A stretch of DNA of 51,368 nucleotides, taken from the NCBI GenBank assembly GCA_020060105.1, contig JAGVAV010000025.1, positions 1 to 51,368 on the forward strand. Reading direction: 5' to 3'. Positions 45,059 to 51,368 of the stretch are shown in pieces; positions within the stretch are counted from its first letter, which is position 1, and each line of letters starts with the position of its first letter. Source of the DNA: Candidatus Woesebacteria bacterium. Lineage in GTDB: Bacteria; Patescibacteriota; Microgenomatia; Woykebacterales; 2-01-FULL-43-14. The position numbers and the translations under genes were made by a program. The notes beneath the pieces are model-generated. The model was not told where the DNA came from, did no database searches, and saw only the letters and a program-made list of their open reading frames with translations.

Positions 45059-48000
45059 AAGTGGAAAGTGAAAAGTTAAAATCCGATAAAATCGGATTAA
45101 AAGTTAAAAATGATCGGTTTAACTTACAGTTATTAAAAGTCATCGCTTTCTTTCTTTTTATTGTTAGTCTTTCTTACCTTGTCTTTAATTTCAATGATCA
45201 AAATCTTAATCTTTCTTCTGAAACTCAAGCTCAAACTCCTGTATCAGGCGCTCCTTATCCTCAATCTTCAGTAATTACAGGGATAACATGGGATAATTCT
45301 ACCAATGTTATTCGTTTAGCCTCCGGATCTGATAACTGGCCAATAACTTGGGCTGATGATGATAGTCTTTATACAGCTTATGGAGATGGTTGGGGGTTTG
45401 ATCCAAAATTGCCAACAAAATTAAGTTTAGGATTTGCCAAAGTATCAGGTTTCCCCCCGAGTACATCTGGAACAAATATCCGTTCAGTAGACGAGCAAAT
45501 TGGTGATGGAGCATCAGGGAAAAAGGCCAGCGGTATGTTAATGATTAACAGAATCTTATATATGTGGGTTAGAAACGCCGATAACAACGGCAATCAATGC
45601 CAGCTTGCCTGGTCAACAGATTATGGAATTAATTGGACTTGGAGTAATTGGAAGTTTGCTGAGTTTGGTTATTGTACTTTTATCAACTTTGGAAAAAACT
45701 ACTCAAATTCTCGTGATAACTACGTTTACTCCGTTACTCCAGATCAACCCAGTGCTTATCGAAACGCAAATAATTTAGCTGCTGATAGGTTTATTTTAAT
45801 GAGAGTGCCAGTAAATGAAATAACTAATAGGAATGCTTATGAATTCTTTACCGGAGTTGACAATAATGGTAACCCTCTGTGGAGTTTAGATATTTTAAAG
45901 AGAGCTAGTGTTTTTAACAATCCAGGTCGGGCTTATCGTTCTGGAATAAGCTACAACGCTGCTTTAGGAAGGTACTTATGGTGGCAGGTTATACCTGATT
46001 CTGGAAGTGATCTAAGAGTAAGCGGAGGTTTTGGTGTTTATGATGCTCCAGAGCCATGGGGGCCCTGGACTACAGTATACTATACAGAAAAATGGGATGT
46101 TGGCCCGGGAGAAACAGGAAGTTTTCCGACTAAATGGATGAGTTCTGATGGGAAAACATTGTATTTGGTATTTTCTGGTGATGATAATTTTTCAGTTAGA
46201 AAAGCAACTTTGTCCACTACAGGCAGCGCCGTTGCTTTATATAATTCCCACTATTTTACCTATAACAACACTCCTGTCATGCTTTTAGGGGACAGCGGTA
46301 CTCAATCAGTGATGCAAAATGGCAATATTGACTATCAAGACTGGATCAATGAGTTTGAAAGCAAAGGTATTAAGTCAGCTATGGTTTGGGCTTGGGTGGC
46401 TCCTAGGCAAAAAGTAGACGGCTCTGTTGTGGAATCAAGATATGGTTATGTCGTGCCAGAGGTAATGCCCTGGCAAAGAACAGGGACGTCAACAGCCACT
46501 GACGGTAAACCGACATACAGTCTTTTACAGCTTGATGATAACTACTTTAACCGTCTAATAGGCCTTTGTTCTTATATGCAATCTAAGGGTATGGTTTTGC
46601 TGATAACCGTTTGGGACGGGGGAGCCAAGTGGGCTAATGGTTATCATCCTTTCTGGGAGCCAAACGGCGGGCCAATTCCTTCGAGTATCTCCGGCACCGG
46701 GACAACTTTTCGAGATGCTTTTTACACGTTTGATGAATACACCAACAGCATCCTAAATGAAATTTACTCTGACACTTGGAGCTGGCAGAAAAAGAATAAA
46801 TATTTTCAGGAAAAGTTCGCCGACCGGTTGATTTCTGAAATTAACGGCAGTTGCGATAACGTCGTTTACGAAATGACCAATGAAGGAGCTCAAGTAGCAG
46901 GCTATGATGATTTCTGGCTTAGTTTCTTCAAGCAAAGAACCAACGCTCTCTTATCTGTTAATGTTGGCTATACAGTAACCAATAGCAATACCAACTCTAA
47001 TGTGGATTTCCGCAACTGGCACACGCCCACCTTTGATCCAGCCATAATTAATAGCAGCTGGAAGAATTACTTTAGTCAAACTCCTCTCAAACCGGCAATT
47101 AACTCTGAATCGGTTCCGGAATTTAGAGCAGGAACCAGCCCTTCTGCTGACGATACTAGAAAATTATTGTGGGCTACAGCTGTAGCCGGAGGCGGGGCTT
47201 TTATTCAAGACGATACGGTCTTTACTGACTACGACCCCAATGTTGCAGACTTTGATGGCCGGGAAATGAGAAACTATATGAGTTACATCAACAAATTTTT
47301 CAACGAGGGCACCGCTTCCGTCAAAGGCGCAAAACCGAAGTTTTGGGAGATGACGCCTAGTAACAGCCTAGTTACTTCCGGGACAGCTTACGCTCTGGCA
47401 AAAAGCGGAGCAGAATATATCAGCTACTTGCCTTCAGGAGGATCGACTACTTTAGATCTTTCAGGGGTAACGGGTAACTTTAACGTTGAATGGTATAATC
47501 CAAGAAGTGGTACTTATTCTTCTGCTGGAACTACCATGGGAGGGGCCTCCAAAACCTTTACCTCCCCTGACACTAGCGATTGGGTCTTATACCTAACCTC
47601 AACCCCCACCATAGCTCCGGTAACCATTTCCGGTGACCGGTTTTATTCAGGAGGCAGTCCGTACTTTCCGTCAACTAACTTTTTATCCAATGGCGCTACA
47701 TATAAAGCGACCCATGTCTACTTTTCCGATCAGCTTACAGATACTCAAAGGGCGGAAATGTTAACGGCTTTGAAAAATGAAGGGTATAATTCCATTTTTC
47801 TTTACACGATTAATCAAGGAGATTACGGCAGTAGAGTCGTTACCCCTTATGCCAGTGGAATAATCAGCGAGGGAGGAGCCTTTGATGAAACTAAAATCCA
47901 AAATTGGAAAACTCAGATGCAGGATATGATTTCTCAAGGATTAAGACCGATTTTGTGGCTTTTCCCTGACGATTCCTCAACTATCCACAACACTTCCACC

Positions 48001-48708
48001 ACCGAGTTGAAACGATATATTCAAAAAATGGTTTCTTCTTTTGATGACTTACCCGTTATGTGGGTTTTGGCTTTAGAGGTTGACGAATACTGGACCAAAA
48101 CTAAAAGCGATGATTTAGGCTCATATCTAAAATCCATTGCTCAAAATCCGGTCGGTCTGCATCAGCTTTCCGGCAAAACTGATTATATGACTTCAGACTG
48201 GGTGGACTTTGGCGCCTACCAGTACGGCTTTGGTAAATCCTGGGACACTATTTACAACGATACCTTAACCAAAAAGAGCAGTCTTGGGAACAAACCTTTC
48301 TTGGCCGCCGAGTATGATGTGGACGGGGGGACGCTGGCCCAGCAAAGAGGCTTGGCCGCCGCCTTTGCCAACGCCGCCGGAGCCGGAAACGGAGCCCCGC
48401 CTACTTTAGATGAGTTTATGGCTACTTTGCCAGATAACCTGACTCCCAGCCGAAATGGAAGCATCTTAACTCTTGAAGGAAACGGCGTCATCGCCACCGC
48501 GGATATGAATACTTTAGAATTTAGTAAAACTGATTTACTCCCAACATCTCCTTCCGATCTTGATGGGGACCGCTTAGTTAGCGCTACTGACGCGGCGATT
48601 CTTTTTAACAATTGGTTTACTCCTTCCACTCTTTCGGCTGACATTAATCAAGACAGTAAAGTTAACGGATCAGATTTTAGTTACCTTAAAAGAGATTGGA
48701 AACCATGA
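45055..48708 (+). CDS. secreted multidomain glycoside-hydrolase-like protein (DUF4185-like propeller, GH-A-like barrels, beta-sandwich, dockerin-like domain)
   Basis: GSDNWPITWADD..YGDG, APEPWGPW; YEMTNE and LEVDE/AAEY barrel motifs; VEWYNPRSG beta domain; terminal dockerin-like repeat. Confidence 0.82.
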   Translation: MKVESEKLKSDKIGLKVKNDRFNLQLLKVIAFFLFIVSLSYLVFNFNDQNLNLSSETQAQTPVSGAPYPQSSVITGITWDNSTNVIRLASGSDNWPITWADDDSLYTAYGDGWGFDPKLPTKLSLGFAKVSGFPPSTSGTNIRSVDEQIGDGASGKKASGMLMINRILYMWVRNADNNGNQCQLAWSTDYGINWTWSNWKFAEFGYCTFINFGKNYSNSRDNYVYSVTPDQPSAYRNANNLAADRFILMRVPVNEITNRNAYEFFTGVDNNGNPLWSLDILKRASVFNNPGRAYRSGISYNAALGRYLWWQVIPDSGSDLRVSGGFGVYDAPEPWGPWTTVYYTEKWDVGPGETGSFPTKWMSSDGKTLYLVFSGDDNFSVRKATLSTTGSAVALYNSHYFTYNNTPVMLLGDSGTQSVMQNGNIDYQDWINEFESKGIKSAMVWAWVAPRQKVDGSVVESRYGYVVPEVMPWQRTGTSTATDGKPTYSLLQLDDNYFNRLIGLCSYMQSKGMVLLITVWDGGAKWANGYHPFWEPNGGPIPSSISGTGTTFRDAFYTFDEYTNSILNEIYSDTWSWQKKNKYFQEKFADRLISEINGSCDNVVYEMTNEGAQVAGYDDFWLSFFKQRTNALLSVNVGYTVTNSNTNSNVDFRNWHTPTFDPAIINSSWKNYFSQTPLKPAINSESVPEFRAGTSPSADDTRKLLWATAVAGGGAFIQDDTVFTDYDPNVADFDGREMRNYMSYINKFFNEGTASVKGAKPKFWEMTPSNSLVTSGTAYALAKSGAEYISYLPSGGSTTLDLSGVTGNFNVEWYNPRSGTYSSAGTTMGGASKTFTSPDTSDWVLYLTSTPTIAPVTISGDRFYSGGSPYFPSTNFLSNGATYKATHVYFSDQLTDTQRAEMLTALKNEGYNSIFLYTINQGDYGSRVVTPYASGIISEGGAFDETKIQNWKTQMQDMISQGLRPILWLFPDDSSTIHNTSTTELKRYIQKMVSSFDDLPVMWVLALEVDEYWTKTKSDDLGSYLKSIAQNPVGLHQLSGKTDYMTSDWVDFGAYQYGFGKSWDTIYNDTLTKKSSLGNKPFLAAEYDVDGGTLAQQRGLAAAFANAAGAGNGAPPTLDEFMATLPDNLTPSRNGSILTLEGNGVIATADMNTLEFSKTDLLPTSPSDLDGDRLVSATDAAILFNNWFTPSTLSADINQDSKVNGSDFSYLKRDWKP

Positions 48709-48792
48709 GAAAATTTAGAATGCCTTCAGATACTGATTGGCTAGACCCCGATTTGAAGTTATTTAACGCCAGAGGTTAGAAAAGTTAGAAAA

Positions 48793-49356
48793 CTAAGAAG
48801 CGGATTTTTGGCTAATGTCGGAAAGCAGAACTCCTTCCACAATCAAACCTTTAGGGTGAAGATCCGCCTCTAGTTCTTCCCGAATTTTTTGTTCGACAAA
48901 GTGACGATTGGCGCTGATATCTTTATGAAGAAACTGAGAAATGGCCGATCTGATCCGACTTCTGGAAACCGGCCGAACAATCTTGGAAACAAAATCTTCG
49001 CCAATGTTTTCCCATAGACTCACCACGCTTTCCCGATTAACTCGAACCAAGAGGGTGCCTTGAACTGTCAAAGGAATATTATCATAAGAAACCGCGGTAA
49101 TTGGCTCATCGCCTAAAATTTCCTTATTATGGTTAACGTCAAAGCCTTCCCGGATGGTGTATTCCAGTGTTTGAGCGTTGAAGAGCTTAGCCGTCTGCCA
49201 GAAAGGAATCTTAAAGTGCAATCCCGGTCCCCAGGTTTTTTTCAAAACCCCGCGACCCCAATCATAAACACAGGCTACATGCCCCGGGGGCACGGAAACA
49301 AAAAATCCTCCACCAATTTCATCGACTAAAAAAGAAACAAACAACTTGTCAAACAT
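48793..49356 (-). CDS. short SPFH/band 7 domain protein
   Basis: VPPGHV...PGLHFKIPF, IVRPVSRSRIR, GLIVEGVLLSDI. Confidence 0.85.
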   Translation of the reverse strand: MFDKLFVSFLVDEIGGGFFVSVPPGHVACVYDWGRGVLKKTWGPGLHFKIPFWQTAKLFNAQTLEYTIREGFDVNHNKEILGDEPITAVSYDNIPLTVQGTLLVRVNRESVVSLWENIGEDFVSKIVRPVSRSRIRSAISQFLHKDISANRHFVEQKIREELEADLHPKGLIVEGVLLSDISQKSAS

Positions 49357-49368
49357 AACACCTCAAAA

Positions 49369-50085
49369 TCAAGCAAACCTTGGCTTAGCCGCCCTTCGGC
49401 CAGCCCCAATGACCATTCTTAAAGCCATGCTAAAAAGAACTGAGACAAATAAGAACAAGGCCTTAGCGCTAGGTAGTACTGTTAAGAGTATAAAGGTAAA
49501 CAGAGCAAAAAGCAAGGGAAACCATCTCTCGGAAATCGTCTTTCGGGGAAAATCTTTTTTCACCTCATATTCCCAAAGCAGTTCAATAAAAAACAACCCG
49601 GCGGCCATTGCGCTTAAGAATATATCAGAATGAGAAAGATCGATCCCGAAAAACAAGGGGTTTATCTGACTAGGGTGGGGGACAAAATCGTAAAGCAAGC
49701 CAAAACCTTCTGGTTTAATCCCTTCCTGTAGCACTTGATAAAGCACTACTAAAAAAACAAACTGGGCTAAAACAGCGTAAATTTCGGCGTGAGTGTCGAT
49801 GTCCCTTCCTCGAAGCAACTCGGTAATCCGGCGGCGACGTTCTGAAGGGTTATATTGATACTCCTCTTCAATTTTTTGAACTTGAGGAGTTAGAGACTCT
49901 AAAATCTCATCCGTTCGGAAACCGCGCAAAGAAAAATACAAAAAAGCGATTCGAATAATAATCGCTAAGCCGATAATCGCCCAACCCAAACTCGGACCAG
50001 GCGTATAATTATAGGTGAAAATCACCAGGTTATAAATTGGTTTATATAATATTTCCGTCCAGAAAAATTCTAACGGTCCAAACAT
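49369..50085 (-). CDS. YidC/Oxa1-family membrane insertase-like protein
   Basis: LGWAIIGLAIIIR, cytoplasmic hairpin, FFGIDLS, LPSA..LF. Confidence 0.8.
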   Translation of the reverse strand: MFGPLEFFWTEILYKPIYNLVIFTYNYTPGPSLGWAIIGLAIIIRIAFLYFSLRGFRTDEILESLTPQVQKIEEEYQYNPSERRRRITELLRGRDIDTHAEIYAVLAQFVFLVVLYQVLQEGIKPEGFGLLYDFVPHPSQINPLFFGIDLSHSDIFLSAMAAGLFFIELLWEYEVKKDFPRKTISERWFPLLFALFTFILLTVLPSAKALFLFVSVLFSMALRMVIGAGRRAAKPRFA

Positions 50086-50227
50086 TTTTCCTTAAACCCT
50101 AAGCGATATGGTAACAGATCCTCAAGCAAGATTCAAGAACGTCTTAAAGATTGTCCTCTTGTCTTGACTTTTTTCAGAAACCACGATAAACTCTCTGGCA
50201 AAACAAAAAAGGAAGGGAGATAGTCAT

Positions 50228-50581
50228 ATGAGATCCAGCGCTTACTTCTCGTTTTTTGTCGCAATTGTAATCCTTCTGATCACCCAATTCAAGCTAAAGG
50301 AGGAGGATCAAGTCCTCGGCCTGCTTTTCGGCCTTGGATTCGTTGCATTAGGGGCTGTACTTTTAATAAAGAAACCCCAAATTGAAACGGAAGGCGAATT
50401 CGTGCTTGTTATCCAACCCGAAGTCGACCGGTCTATCTTAGCGGAAATTTTAAGAACTGCCGCTAAAAAGGTCGAAGACGGCAACAGAGTTATTCAGCTG
50501 AAGTTTCCCAGAGAAATGAAGGTGACTAATGGAAAGGTAGGATCTATAAATTTTATCAGGATCTATATCAGCCAGCCCTAG
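50228..50581 (+). CDS. hypothetical membrane protein
   Basis: 117 aa, 2 TMs, RBS, TTGACT-17-TAAACT promoter. Confidence 0.7.
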   Translation: MRSSAYFSFFVAIVILLITQFKLKEEDQVLGLLFGLGFVALGAVLLIKKPQIETEGEFVLVIQPEVDRSILAEILRTAAKKVEDGNRVIQLKFPREMKVTNGKVGSINFIRIYISQP

Positions 50582-50615
50582 ACTCCAACAGGTCGATGAT
50601 AAAGAAGTGAACCCT

Positions 50616-50649
50616 AACCCGTTGCAGAATTTCGCGCAACGGGTTTTTT
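50616..50649 (+). terminator. intrinsic terminator
   Basis: AACCCGTTGC...GCAACGGGTT then TTTT. Confidence 0.7.
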
Positions 50650-50675
50650 ATTAGAAAAATGGACATTAGTCAGTA

Positions 50676-51230
50676 TCAGGGGAGCTTTTTGACTTCCTCT
50701 AATAAAGCTTCGTATTCTTCAATCAGGGGATGATCCCAGGAATCCTTAAACATCTTCAAACTTTCTTCTTCAAACCAAATCTTTTTCTCTCTGTCTTGAT
50801 GAAAAACGTTCCACGTAGATTTTTTGAGTTCGTAATAGTCAGAAAGAATGCTCTCTAGATTGTGAATTTTATCGGCGATCGAGACCGCTTTCGCTTCAAC
50901 AGAACCTGCTTGAACGGACTCTAGATAACGTTTCCTCTCTTCATCCCAGGATAAACGTTTGTCATAAGTTACAGTTTTAACAATGTTAAAAACCTTCTCG
51001 CCCAACTCCCGTTTTAACTTTGAAGGAGGATATTCCGTGTCTTCCAGCACGTCGTGAGTCAAAGCAGCCGCTAAGACTTCATCTGAAAAACCATGCTTTG
51101 CCAGCTTCAAAGCCACCGCCATGGGGTGAATGAAAAAAGGTAGCTTACTCACCCGGCGCACCTGTCCCTGATGGGCCCTCACGGCGACCCGTATCGCTTT
51201 TTCAACCAAGCTAACTTCCGTCGTCCTCAT
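50676..51230 (-). CDS. HD domain protein, small alarmone hydrolase (RelA/SpoT HD, Mesh1-like)
   Basis: AHQGQVR..PFFIHP, AALTHDVLEDT, ADKIHNL. Confidence 0.88.
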   Translation of the reverse strand: MRTTEVSLVEKAIRVAVRAHQGQVRRVSKLPFFIHPMAVALKLAKHGFSDEVLAAALTHDVLEDTEYPPSKLKRELGEKVFNIVKTVTYDKRLSWDEERKRYLESVQAGSVEAKAVSIADKIHNLESILSDYYELKKSTWNVFHQDREKKIWFEEESLKMFKDSWDHPLIEEYEALLEEVKKLP

Positions 51231-51237
51231 GACTTAA

Positions 51238-51266
51238 ATTTTAGCCTCTTAAGGCTAAAGAGTCAA
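51238..51266 (-). promoter_or_regulatory. promoter TTGACT-17-TAAAAT; leaderless transcript likely
   Basis: -35 51266-51261, -10 51243-51238, ATG 7 nt downstream. Confidence 0.65.
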
Positions 51267-51271
51267 GGTTA

Positions 51272-51368
51272 TGTCCTGGATCAGTACTTTTGAGACAATC
51301 CTCCTTTTAAGTAACACTGATAAGGTGACTGGTATTTAAGTGATTGGTGCGGTCTAACATTATTGTAC
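51272..51368 (-). mobile_element. 3' end of IS481/IS3-like element, inverted copy cut by window end
   Basis: Exact reverse complement of 2..98; transposase stop at 51283-51281. Confidence 0.85.

Noticed and set aside
1-51368. Alternative genetic code (TGA=Gly) or prophage origin
   Set aside because: TGA ends many well-defined genes at expected positions, and there are no virion, terminase or replication genes.

Overview
A 51 kb bacterial region, standard genetic code. Gene content (patchy metabolism, many orphans, glycosyltransferases, YidC/SPFH, dockerin-tagged secreted proteins, small palindromic repeats) suggests a Patescibacteria/CPR genome, Microgenomates-like; this is inference. Both window ends lie inside inverted, identical copies of an IS481/IS3-like transposase 3' end, and a third decayed copy is at 6401-6662. 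All three IS right ends sit 2-5 bp upstream of a sigma70 -35 box. There are six intact tRNAs: Lys-CTT, Ser-TGA, Arg-TCT, Gly-TCC, Arg-TCG and His-GTG. The Lys and His genes are each preceded by a relic tRNA 5' half carrying a related 21-nt palindromic insertion at the same D-arm position. At His, a Zn-finger HNH endonuclease gene lies between relic and intact tRNA and ends inside the tRNA. Also present: a DUF3800 gene facing a promoter-driven hairpin RNA, purM, lon with a CIRCE operator, dinB, an ABC exporter, a glycosylation locus with twin lytic-transglycosylase-like paralogs, tandem NAGPA-like paralogs, and a 10 kb array of secreted modular proteins, three of them dockerin-tagged. All product calls come from motif recognition by eye, not database searches.
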